From assembly GCF_037975245.1 (NCBI RefSeq), contig NC_092565.1, positions 23,274,063 through 23,338,062 of the forward strand: a DNA stretch of 64,000 nt. Reading direction: 5' to 3'. The notes beneath the pieces are model-generated. The model made no database searches. It had not been told where the DNA came from and saw only the letters and a list, made by a program, of their open reading frames with translations. Made by a program: the position numbers and the translations under genes. Positions within the stretch are counted from its first letter, which is position 1; the number at the start of each line of letters is the position of its first letter. The DNA comes from Apostichopus japonicus. Taxonomy: Eukaryota. Of this stretch, positions 11,926-26,000 are shown piece after piece.

Positions 11926-14900
11926 CTGAAAATATATTTAAATTTTTTTTTTAAAATGCCAATAATCTACAAAGAAACGCAGATTTTATTGATGAGAATT
12001 TGCCACTAAAGACAGTAAGACACCAAATCACTGTGTCTATGTTTAATATTCATACGAAAGAGAAAAGATAATGAAAGGGTTTCCAGAAAATTATTTCAAG
12101 ATATTAAGTTTTCTGAATACTTGTACGACTGGCGCCCACATTAAGTTAAATTGAGATGCTATTATGTTACAGTCACTTACATTCAGTCTTTAAGTCTCTT
12201 CCTTTTCAATCTAGTAGGGGATCCTGGGCGCCAATAATTGATTTTACGAGGTTGGGGTTTAAAATATGTTCCCCACATCCCATCTTCCCACCCCCGCGAC
12301 CCTTCCCATCCTTCACGATGCTACACTTGACTAAAATAGATCTCAATAAAATGTTCTCCTTTCCCACAGCATCTTCCATCTCAAAGAACTTAAGACTATG
12401 CTCTAGAAGCAATTGGGGAACATGGACAGCAGATATTTTTAAAGGAAGAAGTCTAGGATAATTTTATACCTGAATGCCAGTGAGCTGATGCTGGTAGGAT
12501 ATCGGTGGAATTGGCAGAGCCTCTTCTTGTTGAAGCCGTCCCAGATGTTAACGTAACCATCTGAGCCTCCGGAAGCAAATGTATTGTGTCCATTATGGAA
12601 GGCGATACTCAACACTGGGTAGATGTTTTCTTCTCCGTTTACCTTAAGATGTGACAATATTATTTAAAAGATAAAAAAAAGGAGTGAGAGAAGGTAAAAA
12701 TTGCAATTCTTTCTAGTGTAGCTAGAATTTTAAGTAAGTGACAGATCATTGCATATATCACTAGTTCAATGGTTATAACCAAAGTTGCACAAACCAAACC
12801 ATATTGAACCACTTCACACTGTTAGTGAAGCCGATACCTGATTTCTCTACCAACTCCACGTTTGAAGCAAGATAATTGCCCAGACAAAGTCTTAACTTCC
12901 ACTTGTGTTGCATTCAGAATCATCAAATTTAAGAAAAAACAGGTAACGTTGTGAAAAATAATGGAACCATTTCCTTGGGCCCTTAAGGATTTTATCTAAA
13001 TTCATATTTCTCTAAAGAAATTTACATTACAGTTAGACGACTCATTAGAGACTGAAGATATCTAACCAATTGTATGCTGTTTACTTTTGTTTCACATCAA
13101 TGGAGTAAAAATTGGCGCATATTTGTTGATTTTGCTGTCATGTCATACAGAGACTTGTATTGGAAATGTTGGATTCAATAAATAATCCCATATCTATCTG
13201 CAAGTCTAGGACATTTCATACCCTCGACCGCAAAAGGGTTAGTTCAAAGTTGAGATTGATGGGCGACATTTGTAGTGTCCCGTTGGGTAGAACTTTACTA
13301 TGATAACAGTACTAGGGATAATGTAATAACAATGGTGTGATTGATATGTAGTGAAAACCATTGTACCCTCCCACAGGTAAATCAATAGACAGTGAATATC
13401 AGAGGAAACAGGGTCATGACCCTATCAAAGCTCTTTAACAATCAGAACAATCTTTGGATGACCTCACTGTGTTGAATTCATAAATCCAGTGTCTTTTGTA
13501 TTACTTTAGTTGATGATGATTAATGATGACACTTGATGACGAATAGAGTCATCGGCTGCCAACATCGGTGCCATTTATGAGAGCTATCCCTATCCTCCCC
13601 CAACCCACCCCCTCCACCTCCCATCATAAAAATGCTTTGGGCGACATCTAGAGAGGATGTATCTAATAATGACAAGTGATGAATATATGTATTGGAAGAA
13701 ACAATTTAAGGACAAAGACATGAGATGGCAAAAGAGGTTTGCTATTCAAAGCAGGTACAAAGACAAAGTGATAAGAGTTGAATTCTACAAGAAATCTTTG
13801 TTTTGTAGTTTGCACAAATGATGCTGTGGATGACCAAATGACTATTGCAGGGAATATTTTAGTATTAAAAGTCTTGTGTCATATTTTTGACTCTGCTGAA
13901 ATCTCTCTCCTATAAAATACTATGGTTCCCGTGTAGAAAAAAATGTGACACAAATTTTCGCTTGTATAGCAATTTGTCCAATTATTACCAAATTATTTGC
14001 GAATTATTACCTGTATTGACCAGGCAGGTATTAAACAAAAATGGAAAAAAAGTTAGAAGTTGGAAAAATGCGACCGATCAAGTTTAAAACTCTATGCAAG
14101 AACCTTATGAAAAGGAAACAAGAAATTTTTTGGATACTACTGAAGTTTTGCGGCTGTTATGAGAGACTAATTCCGAGCAGGTGATTCCCTCATGACACAT
14201 TAAGATGTAATACAAATGACCCTGTCAAATAGGTACCATTCTTTCTAAGAACCCAAGGAGAAGCAAACCCAACTGTCAACATTAGCTTTACATTATAAAG
14301 ATACTTGTGATAGACAACTCTCAAGAAATAAAGCTAAGAATTGTTGTGTTCTGTTGGGACATAGCATGGTCTAAAAATCATGACAAGAGGCTGCCATTTT
14401 GTTAATACCAGATGTTTAAGTGACTATGAGGTGAAATCTAGTAGATTCATTTAATTTTTTCACAGAGAATGTAAGTAATACTACCACTGTAAACATTGCA
14501 TACATTAGGCCTTGTTACAAATTTATTTATTTAGGGAGTGTTTTTCTGCTGTTTGAGGGGACAGGTGGAGGGAAGGTGGCTTTGGGTGTTGTTCACCAAT
14601 GACCTCTACCATTCAGGTGCAATTTTGTTGTAATGGATTGTTCTTTAAATGTTGGATGCTAACACTATAATATCCACAACGGCTTAAAGCCAAATTTGAA
14701 TCATCCCCCACATAAACCCTTTCATATGCTCACCTTTATTCTGTGACACTTGAATGCGTATTTCTTCTTCTGGACCTCGGGACTTGGATCTAGGTACTCC
14801 ACTGCCACTCTGCCTTCTATACTGCTCAGGACGTAACCTTGTTTGTTCGGGAAGCACCGGATGCAACGTGTCTGGTACTTGAGACTGGACTCTCGCCTCT

Positions 14901-17687
14901 GTTGGACGTAACCCATGTTTCGGAGGTCCCACACCAGCACCTTTCTGTTGGCTGTCCCCACGACTAAACGGTCCCCGCATAAGGCCATGGTGTACACCTG
15001 AAATAGTATTTATAGTATAACCATATAACGATAATGAAGTTTGTACACACTGTGTACTTGACCACTTTGAGATATGCTTTTAATCTATATAACATGGTCA
15101 CAGACTTTGCATATGTGGATGGTTTGATGTGTAATGAAGATAATTTAGACTTTTTCAGTTAGTAAAGAGAGCAATTGTCTGCTTCTTACTTTACATTTTA
15201 ATGCACATTTTAAGCCTTTGACACTCTTAGTAGATGAATTACACTTGATGAATTTCTCCAGGTTTCCCAAAATGGCTTCAATTACCAAATTTTAACACAC
15301 AAGGAACTTTTTTTGATGCATGAAGATGCTACCTCCAAAGCTTAGAGATACTGAAGGCAGTAAACAAATTGACTGACATTACTACTATAGGGTCAAACGA
15401 GGAACTATATAACCCCCAAAAATGTATACTCTGTGTCATGAACTAGCATGCACACCCTCCCCCACCCCCACCCCCCAGTGTTAGCTTAAGCACCTTAAGA
15501 GTGAAGAAATTAATGGTGAGAACAGTATTCAAACCAGTGACCTCAGGATTACAGACTACAGTCTTAGAAGAAGTGAAGGTACTAATCCGCTTTGCTTGAC
15601 GTATAGCTCACAGATTTTACTCTCTGTGCCAGAGTATTCCAAGGCCGATGTTCTACTTTTGACAGAGGCTTGTAAAAGTGATAATTTTTTTACCTTATCT
15701 GGCTGTGAGAAGGACCCAGCACAGTGAGAGATACGTGCATCCCATAATTTGACTGTCTGATCCCAGCTGCCAGTGACTAACACATTAACATCTGAACAAA
15801 ACTCCACACAGCGTATCGCATCGTCATGCTTGCCCACTGTTTCCTCTGTGAAAGCAAAAAAAGTAAATGAGAGTTTTGCTTAGAAGACTTTACTAAAAAG
15901 AAAACAAATTTGCATGATTTTGCTATTACATTAGCCCCCATTCGGGAATCTAGTGTCAAACATGGAATCGATTTTCACTCTATCTACACTATCAACTTGG
16001 GCCAGTACAAATGTTGCCAGTATATGGTTAAAGGCAACAGATCGAAACTGGTCTTCACATTACAGAAACATTCATAAAGTCCGCCAGCAATATTGAAGTG
16101 GGTTAGTTATTACTTTATATAGACACTGCTGTGATTCCAAAAGTTGGTATCACAGCATGGCAATTGAACTGAAGTAAATTTACATGATATTTGCAACAGG
16201 CGACTTGTGTGCTTGGGGAATGTTCTTTGGGTTCTGCAGTTTTGATAAACTGCTGAAACTGATAGTCTCCATGGAAATTTAGGAAAGGCTTATGTTAATA
16301 TTTTAGTACTGAAATGAGACCTGCTGCTTCAACTTAGTAAACACTTATTTATTTTTCAACAACATCACAAAACTGATCAACAATGGTGGTTTGAAAAGCA
16401 GATTTCTCTTGCAACTTTTAGTTTTAATCAATCTGCATTCAGTGCATTATTCGCATCGAAGAAGAAAATCAAGTTTGTAACTTACCTGTACTCTTATTGA
16501 TGTCGAACATTTTCAGTGTGTTGTCCAATCCACCACTAAATACATGTGTTTGATCCTGTCAGGTTAAAATGAAGATAACGTATTGAATTCCTTTTTCTTA
16601 GTTGCAACCCAGTCCCACCGACTTGGAAGTTAACCAGAGCTCCAATTGTTTTGATTATGGGACACAACAGGGCCAAAATGACTTGTTGCATGATTTGAAT
16701 CACTAAGAAAATTCAAAATTCTGTTGTAGGCTATTACACATAATTCACCAGCTTGCCTTAGGCTTGGCCATATCGTTAAAGTTACACCTTGCAGTTAATG
16801 TGATAACATCTGTACTTAACCATTGATGGAAAAGTTCAGTAAGTCTTGAAAATATAAACTACTTCAGTCCACTGATATCACATCAGGAATGATTTAAATT
16901 AAACAGAAACTATGAAAAGGTATCCAACGGACACAATAAAACTATGAATTAAATCTGTGGGATAATTTTTGTATCGAAAGAAAATGGTACAATGGAATAA
17001 ATTGAACAGCCATGTTGTTGACCTCCATTCTTAGAATGTGGACTACTCAGTAATTTCAGTAGAAAATGCACATAGTTCAACTTTTGCATGGTAGGTTCAT
17101 AAGAAGGAGAAGGTGGGGGGGGGGTGGGGTGTCCAGGAAGCAGGATATAGGGGGCCCAGTGCTAAAACATTTCTAGTCACATAGTTTAGATGGATAGGAA
17201 AGTGCAAAGGTAGATTGGAGACAGGTAGAAGAAAGGAACAAAGTTAGTTCTAAATATCTGGCCATGACCAGAATGATGCAAAGCTACATCCCAATGCAAG
17301 ATGCAGCTTTACCGAGGTTCTGGAGTCATTATGTTTATTTCTTCATAAAGGTTCCCCACTTACATGAATATATGTTAGGCTGTACATAATATAACCTCAG
17401 TATGACATAGTGTGGCCACTGTCATGAGATCAGCATGGAAGACACACTGTACTATTTCTCCAAATGTTACACAAGAGTCTACTACTTACATGGAAACAGC
17501 AATCCAGGACAGCTCTGTCATGTTTGTACTTGGCTCTCATGCTGTTAGACTGTACATCATATAACCTCACTGTCTCGTCCCACGAAGACACTAGTAAAAA
17601 TTGGGAGCTGTTTGGTCCAAACTTTACAGAAGAAATGCAATCTTCTGGAGCATCGTTTAATTTGAATTCACTAGTTGCATCAGGCAT
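11799..17687 (-). CDS. BUB3: BUB3 mitotic checkpoint protein gene (CDS span, 6 coding exons, 327 aa predicted)
   Basis: Spliced translation [44 protein letters not shown]...[11 protein letters not shown]...[38 protein letters not shown]...[29 protein letters not shown]...[26 protein letters not shown]...ETKPKN*. Near-identical to vertebrate BUB3 along its whole length. All exon phases are consistent. All junctions are GT-AG. Confidence 0.9.
12470..12642 (-). CDS. BUB3: BUB3 coding exon 5
   Basis: [57 protein letters not shown](S). Acceptor aag and donor gtataa. Confidence 0.85.
14734..14997 (-). CDS. BUB3: BUB3 coding exon 4
   Basis: [88 protein letters not shown]. Acceptor cag and donor gtgagc. 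The ORF-track 'M' at 14997 is a GTG. Confidence 0.85.
15694..15845 (-). CDS. BUB3: BUB3 coding exon 3
   Basis: [51 protein letters not shown]. Acceptor cag and donor gtaaaa. Confidence 0.85.
16486..16555 (-). CDS. BUB3: BUB3 coding exon 2
   Basis: [23 protein letters not shown](G). Acceptor cag and donor gtaagt. Matches human DPTHAWSGGLDHQLKMHDLN. Confidence 0.8.
17140..17260 (+). repeat. dispersed SINE-like repeat of about 120 bp, copy 1 of 4
   Basis: ggcccagtgctaaaacatttc...ggagacaggta...gaacaaagtta. Shared core with the copies at 49095, 55250 and 58005. Confidence 0.45.
17490..17687 (-). CDS. BUB3: BUB3 coding exon 1 (ATG at 17687-17685)
   Basis: [28 protein letters not shown]...RAVLDCCFH. 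Donor gtaagt (plus-strand acttac at 17484-17489). Confidence 0.85.
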
Positions 17688-19976
17688 CTTGTCAGCAAGT
17701 GTTTTAACTGAAAGAGAAGAAACGTTTTTGTTTAAACTAGTGACATATTATATCAAACTATGAATATGACTTTCTACATGATTTAGTATTTAAACAAGTA
17801 TATATAAGATTTTTTAATCCTGTCCCAGTCTTGCTCTAAAATGACTAAAATCATCTCTAACTTAAGAAGAAACACATTGGTGCACCTCTCCCAGAGGTTT
17901 CTTTCATGAGATATATTGCAGAATGCACTCCACAATGCATTCATCTAAGAAAAGTAAACAAATTGAATGTTTCATATCTTAACAGCAGCACAAACTATGA
18001 AGCTTGGGCTGAATCACAGTGCTTTAATTGAAAAGTTCTGCTATCCCTGTTGTAACAATGTGTGATTGAATTAATGTGCGCATCAACTGTGCATGTGTGA
18101 TGGGGTTAGCATTGTATACATGCATTTGTTGGTTGTGTATGTGCCTTGGGATGCGTGATTTGTTTGAACGGTGCGTGTTGTGCGTGCTTTCTTTAAATAG
18201 GGTTTGGAACGTATTGGGAGGTAGTTATTACTTAGACTTAGACTACAAGACGTGTTCTTTTATCATGGTAAGACTCAGTAAAATTGTGAAGAACAACAGC
18301 TAAGAAAATCAGTTATCCCAGCTTAAAAGTTTTTATGATGTTATAGTGCAAAAATAATAATATTGATAATGATAATATTAATAATATTAATCATAATCAC
18401 CAGCTATTTTAAGACGCTTAAGCGGCCACAAATGTGGGAGAAACCAGCAAGGGCTTATGGATTATAACTTACATGTCGCATGGATTCCAATTCAACATTT
18501 TAGCTCAAATTTGGAACCTTTTCAATTTAGAAAGTAATTTCAGATCTGAAAACCGTAGATTGCTCTTGGATGTAAAACGCATGTTACTATTACCCGGACA
18601 GCTATTGAACCCAAAACCTCCCAATTGCCTAGCCTCATTGCTTCAAATGCCACCGCCTTTTTCCACTCGGCCACAGCACAGGTAATAAGAAATTGCAGTC
18701 CTTTCACAATTTCAAGGTAGAATATTAGCAGCCTTTTTCACATTGAAACCATTTCCATCATTAGCAAAGCCTAGGGCATGGTGAAAGCTTCAATAGTTGA
18801 AATGTAATATTGAGCCTTTGCAAAACCCATGTTACTACTAGTACAGTACTAGTATTGTTCAGAAAGAAAAACAAAATGAGGAAAATGTGGCTCAATGATG
18901 CTTGCCTTACACCTGGTACAATTCTATGAATATTGTTAACATACTAAAAGGTACAGTACGGTGTACGGTAATTTTGCATGTCCCCAAAATTTGGAAACTG
19001 TGTTCATACATATATGTACAGTAGCTGTACTGATAGACAGTATAGCTGCTGTGCTCATAAGTCAAATTGTAACCACTTTTTGAATCACAAGTTTAATATA
19101 CAAAGCCTTAATGGAAACGGCTCAAATTGTCACATATGCAAGAAAACATCAAATTTGTATTTTTTGAAACTGTCGTGGCTTAATACCCATTTCGAAGAAT
19201 TATACTGGTAACCTAAGTGAGAGAGAATTACCTTGTTTCATGGAGTTTGACTGCCGATCTTTAGTTTAAAGTATAAAATTCTTTATATTTCTCGCAGAAT
19301 CAGGTAAACCATCAATGAATCACATAGCTGAAGAATCAAGCTAAATCTCTGAGCCAAATCACCATGATCGTCACCACTGCTATCATTGAAAAGAACATTA
19401 AATCTCTAGCTATCTCGAAATTACCGTATACCATTCATAGTACTATTTACTAACTGACTTGACAGTTGAAACAAAAACATGCACGGAATACGTAACACTA
19501 GGCCCAGACTATACATACAAAATCACGTTAGGATAGCAACAGCAGACCTACAAGTAAAGGACGGGAGGACTAGGCTACAGATGAAAACTGGAAGTTTTCA
19601 TCATTTCATTTCCAATATAAAGAAGGACATAATTATCATTACGTTAATACTAAGTGAACAAATTCAATTTCAAAGGTTTACTAACCTCAATCAATAGAAA
19701 TTTATAAGTGCGGCTTCTGGACGTGGTTATTCAAAACAACCTCCAATGCAAGAATTGGAGGCGCTCTACAAATTTATTAATTGATCAAAACAAACATGAC
19801 ATCATACTGTACAGCAGTGATGAATATCGACTGTACAACAACTCAACAAGGGTATCGCTAATGACCATAAATTGTGATGAAATATACTTCCTTGTCTAAG
19901 CTACGTCGCCGTTAAGCATTTTATCCGTCCGAGTTTCTTTACATTTTACATACAGAGCACATTTAAATAAATAAAA
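17688..19976. promoter_or_regulatory. intergenic region between divergent BUB3 and MVP start codons (candidate bidirectional promoter / 5'UTRs)
   Basis: Head-to-head gene arrangement with 2.29 kb between the two ATGs. No TSS is determinable from sequence. Possible acceptor (tacag) 20 nt upstream of the MVP ATG hints at an upstream 5'UTR exon. Confidence 0.35.
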
Positions 19977-20030
19977 ATGCATAACCTGGTAGATGTCGGT
20001 CCGCTACAGTTTGTTCACATCTTGGATATG
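19977..20030 (+). CDS. MVP: MVP exon 1 (ATG)
   Basis: [18 protein letters not shown]. Donor gtaaga. Compare human IPPYHYIHVLD. Confidence 0.8.
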
Positions 20031-23000
20031 GTAAGATTTTTGTATTGAGTCGATAGGACATGGTCAGTGAACTGACGATATATGCTATTTGCTAGCCTAT
20101 ACTAGGATGAAAACAACCCAGTGTTGCAAGGTTTTTAAATGTGATATTAGAATAAACCTGAGATCATTGCATGGGATCGTGACGTCATAAAAAGCCCCAC
20201 AACTAGAAATGACCACAGGGCACACTAGTAGGACATATACACTCAAGTAACTCCCTTCGGAATTCAGGCTACGATATCGTAGCTTGGTAATGTCTCATCC
20301 ATAGACAGTTGTAATTCTGACGTGTTATCATATATCTCATCGTAGCAAGCAACAACAAGGCAGTGGTTTACAGTTGTACTGCAATTACCTCTCATGTCAG
20401 CTGCATGTTATTTATATAAGAGTTCTAAGGTAAGAAAGGGTGAAAAGTGGCCCTGATTCAGAGGGCTTTCTGATGAACCAGGGGCCACTATTGGAGCATA
20501 TCACCAGGTGTCATATTTTAATCTATAATGTTAAAGTTTAGTTTAGTCTAGTAGAAAGAAGGATCAGGAGGGACATTCAAGTCCCCATCAAGGACCCTAT
20601 AGGAGAGAGAAAAAAAAAACTGAAGACACAAACACTCGGAACGATTACAATGCTTAATGTGCTTGTTCAAAGCATTCTTATACCCATTCACACTACTTGC
20701 AAATTGTACAAATTTCTCAGGCAAACAGTTCCACCCATTCACAACACTATTAGTCTTTTGATGTGCTGAAACATACAGTAAGAAAATGTTTGTTTGTAGT
20801 TTGTAGTATATGCCAACGTCTCACATACTACAGTATATAGCAGTATACACTTACCTTTTTCAACTCTGTCTTCTCATCTGTTGCAGTCTACAAACATTAC
20901 CAGACTTGAAGTTGGACCAAAGAAAGTTGTTCTTCAGTACAATGAGAAACTCTCAGTTGGACCTCTAAATCTGATCATTGTCCCTCCTGGAAAATACTGC
21001 TGTATCAAGAACCCTGTCAAGTAAGTTAATCATTTTTGTAGGTGGTCTAAATATCTTTGCAGAATTTTACAATGGATTAAAAACCTGTTGCAAAGTTATG
21101 AAAAAAGATTCAAGTAATTAGATCTTACCAATTTGACATGTGATAGTGTAAAAGTTTCAGCCAGAATTCTAGCCAGGATTGTATAATGGGAGCACAAGTA
21201 ATGCCTTCATACTGACTTCTTTGAAAACTATGTTATTTTAGTTATATTTCTAGCTCAACATGATAAACATAAAAATACCATAGGTAACCACAAAAGTTGT
21301 GGAACCCCAATATTACATCACAGGTAAACCTTTGACAATATTTAACCATTGAATCATTTGAAGCTCTATGGTAATGTAGAAGCATACAGGTGTTTTCAAC
21401 ATCTCTTCTTTTCAGAGCTCACAAATTCGGTACCATTGGAGAAGTAGCATACACATATTATAGTTTTCATTGTAACCTGATTTACAAGTATCCTGGAGTC
21501 TAATGTATCATGTACTGTAATTAAGTCACAACTTTCTTAATCATTAATAACTTTTTTGATGCATCTTGCATTCTCTCTTTCAACTTTGAATTAATGTGTT
21601 GATAAGTTTTTGCTCCAAGAGTCCTTAAAGTTCCAATAATTTTGAAGTAAATCGGATAATATCATAAATTCCTTTTGTTATGGATCCTGTTTATCTCATT
21701 TGATTTCTATGGAAAGCCTTTGTATCTTGTCTGTTCATCAGGAACTATGAGGTCGGTAAACAGTGTGAGCTCAAACATGGTGATGTGGATGTACGATTTA
21801 ACCAGGTAACCGGCTGCCTTTAATTCATTCTCAATAACATTCTATACACAAACCATGTGTACAGGTACTTAGTTACCAATAGGCAGGTACTTGGCAATGG
21901 TGTGTTTGCAAATTTCATTGCCACCAAAACAGTTCCTAGCAACAAGATATTACTCAAAATACATTGGAAGTATTGTTTGGTGCAATCAAAACAGGGGATG
22001 TGATTTCATGCAGTTGGTTAAAAAGTACAGTTTCCTTGAAAGTACTGTTTGTTAAAGGTAAATATGTATCTCTCTTGGTGTCAATGTTTTAAAAATGCAA
22101 GATTATTTTAGGTACATGGAAGGGAGACATGTTTCTACTCAAATAATGTCTGCTAATTGAATTTGTGTAGCCCAGAGAAACATCTTCGTAAGCTTAAATG
22201 CACAAGTGACTATAAAAGTACAGTAAGAGATGACATTGATCGTTCACAGCTAAATCATTAAAGGAGGATTCAAGCAATGTTTAATATTTTGTGTGTAAGG
22301 TATGCAGGAAGACAGAGAGTGTAAACTTGTATGTAAAGTCATTTACTTCATTTTAATATTGCTGGAATTGTTGGAATTATTTTCTTCCAAAACTTAAAAC
22401 AAAAACTTAGTGGGAATTCAGCAATAATGTATGAAAAAGGAGCCTAAATTTGTTATTTTTGTGTGTGTTTTTTTGTGCGTTTTTTATTGCAGGAGCCGTT
22501 TCCTCTTTACCCAGGAGAAATTTTAGAGGACGCTGAACGATATGGAATTGATCAATTTGGTAAGAAATAACACAATCGTTGAAATTGTACTAATGATATA
22601 GATATTATGAGTGAGCTAATTATTATTAAACTATACAACATTTCTTTATGTTTATCGGATAATCTGTGTTACTTTACCTCACATTAAAATGTCTCCCTTA
22701 TCCTACATATAGTAAAATGGCTGTCTGTTTTGTTTAACTCTGACATACTTACCCATCACTGGTAGAGATTATCATATATCTGCTCTAAAGTGTTGTTGAT
22801 ACCATATCTGTTCAAAAGGTATTAAATCAAACAGAATGTCATGAAACAGTAAGAACATGCCAACACTCTATTTGTGTTGATAGGTTACTCCAATGCCATC
22901 AAGAAACTACCTGTAGTGAAAGCTAACCAGGCTGTGAGGCTGTGCTCAAGGGTTGACGGAATGGTTGATGGGGTCGCTAGGAAAGCTGGAGATCTTTGGC

Positions 23001-26000
23001 AACTGGAGGGTCCACTCACCTACAAGCCATTATCAGATGCAGTAAGTCTGTTGCTTTGGGGAATATCTTTCTTGAAGCTTTGTTAGGTAACCCAACTTCA
23101 TATTTTATCAAAAGTCATGCAAATATTTCTCAATGGTGGAATTACTCGTTATTAATCTTTTCTTAAAGTTCTTCTTTTTTTTCAATCTATTTTCATGGTG
23201 TTTAGTATAGTTGCTGCAAAGGAAAGGGGCATATTCAGTTTATAGGTGGTACAATTGAAATATAGATTAGTGGTTAATAGATTAGTGGAGATTAGTGGAG
23301 AAATAGATTAGTGGTTTAATCGGGATTTCAGTTGGAGGAGATTGATCTCTTTTCTATAATATTTTAAAAAATAACAACAAAAGTCTTATTGTTCTGTCTA
23401 TTTTTCAGGAGATTACAGGAGTTGTAGATGCTCAGGTGATTGGTATAAACCAAGCTATAAGAATGAGGGCCAAACAAGATCTCACTACCAAGTCAGGAGT
23501 GTAAGTCAATGAGAACAATAAGAAAGAAATGATGAATGTCATTTAATATTAATTACTTTTACTCTGACTAATCATCTCTTTGTCTTGCCCTTCTTACAGA
23601 AAGAAATCAGCCGGAGAAGAATGGCTTGAAAAGAAAGTTGGATCTTACTTGCCAGGGGTCTATGAAGAGGTAAGAATTATGTGGACTAGAGGACCAACAA
23701 TGAAGAATTTTAAATGGTTTATAAAGCAACCTGATTGTGTCTTTAGCTAAATTGCCCAAGAAATTATGGTTACTTTTTAAAGCAATTATCAAACACTTCA
23801 TGGAGACCTCTGTAGCAGGTACATGTATTTGTAAAGGCTACTTTCCAGCTACAAAGTCAGTACACAAAGTCAGTAATAAGTTTAGGCAAGAATAAATATT
23901 GGATATTGAAAGTGCAATATTTACCTGCATGAGAAAGGAATGAGTGGTTCGTCTGAAGTTGTAGGAAGGTTGTAAAATGACATCTGATTTACGGGGAGCT
24001 TGAGCCCAACTGGAGAGTCAAATATTCCTTTTACAGTAACTTCTCTAACTCTGTAACCATATAGAGGTTAATATTTGATTCCATTTTCATTGTTAAGCTT
24101 TGGTCATCACCATTGGATTCAGCCGTTGACAACTTTAATTAAGTTCTTGCTAGGATGGAAACGTCAGGCTCTCTAAAGTTGATAGATTTACCTTCACAGG
24201 CTTTTTTGCTGTTGATAACCAGTTTATTAACAGTTTTTGCTCTCATTACCTTCATTTGTTGTTTATAACAATTAATGTCCTATATATATAAACTCTTGTG
24301 ACAGGTAGTAGATCTAGTTCCTGCATACACCCTCAAGCCTGAAGAAGGATTGCACATCAAGGCCACTCACAACTGCGTCGATGCTCTCAAGAAGAAGAGA
24401 AGTGCAGGAGAAATGTGGTTGGTGACTGGAGAACAGATCAACAGTTACATCCCAGAAATTGGAGAAGTGAGTAATGTTTTGTTTTGAAGGCATAACTTAA
24501 AGGCATTGAAGACTCGCCCCAAACAGCGTGCCGTGCTCTGAAAAAGTTAACTTTCCATTGCTTGCAAGTGAAGTGTTCTGCTTGTCGCTACAAAATGCAG
24601 ACAGTAATGAAACGTGATACCTTGTTATCTTAAGCTGGACCTGAGATCCATAGCTGAGTCCATTGCTGTATTGTTTGTACACTGTGCTGTGGGTATTGAC
24701 CGCAGCTGTATGTACTGAATGTACACTAGTGTCTAATTACCGACGGTAGCAAGTTGTGTGCGTATATTCTGAGATTGATGGTGGTGTCTAACACTTCTGT
24801 TACACCTCAGTCGAAACTAGGTCATATTACCGGCATTAGACGTTTCTTTTTGCGCGAGTCTTCATACCCTTTAAGCTGAGCGATCCAACTGTCATTTATG
24901 TGACTTTTTCCATTGCTGAGATCATGTGAAATACTGCACCTGTTTTCATTCCAAAGAATATCATCACACAGTTCTATTTGAATATTCATGAACGTAGTAC
25001 ACTAAAAACAATTTAGAACTGCTCTCTTCCCGATGTTGAAGGGAGCCAAGTATTATAATTTGTCCCCAAGGTCGACCTGGCATATGACAACCCCCCGCCT
25101 CCCACACCAGATTGTGTGTCCAGCTATCTTTGGAGGTGAGGCTGATTCACTTTAGAAGTAATTTGACATAACATTTTATGGTTATATCTTTAGAAATGGC
25201 ATTTAGGTCATTGGGATATAGGAGACATACTTACAACAAATTACTAAGAAACCATTCAAAATTTGTTTATTTTACTCTCATTTCTAGGAGGTCATGAAAG
25301 CTGTTCAAAAGACTGTCCTTCGCAAAGGTCAGTTCTGTGTCGTGTCCAACCCTGTAGACAGAGATGGCGTTTGCCAACTCGGAAAGGAGAAATTATGGAA
25401 AGGGGTTGTCTCTTTCTTCCTACATCCAGGTAAAGTTATTTATTCCAGAGCTATCCAAAATGACTGACGTGTTTATCATACAGTATTTCATTCATTTCAA
25501 CTTTTCTATCCTAGGGTATGAAATCTTATCCTTAACATGACCTTTGAAGGATTTTCTTTTTCACTCACAATAGCCCTACAAAACATAAAAAAAACTGATT
25601 TTTAATACCTTTTCTTTATCAATTCTATTTTTCTAGATATTCTTTTATGAAAATAATACTTATCAGAAAATCAAATCAATAAACTTTAGAATTGGATTTT
25701 TTTTTTGATACTTATATAATCCCAAAATTTCAGGAGAGACAATCAAGCATGGAATTCAAGAACAATTTATCCTCGGCCCTGATCAGTCCATCGTTCTTCG
25801 GGCCAACTGTGAATTCACCGATAAGTCTGCCGGAGGTAAGCATACAAATGTTTATGATAAATGTAAGTACTAATTGTATAGGCTGCAAACAAGTGTTTCT
25901 TTTAGTGTTAGGATATGACAAAACCACAAGTACTTGTAAACCTAGTGTATTAGGCCATCAGCTGAAGCTCAAAATGTGGCTGTAAAATCAGTTTCGTTCC

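Noticed and set aside
12156-12461. Plus-strand 101-aa ORF and overlapping minus ORF 12206..12412
   Set aside because: They lie in BUB3 intron 5 and overlap C-rich repeat sequence. No homology and no splice context.
14722-14997. ORF-track start 'M' at 14997 for BUB3 exon 4
   Set aside because: The codon is GTG (Val) reached through a cag acceptor. The ORF track treats alternative start codons as M, so ORF-track starts were not trusted as ATGs.
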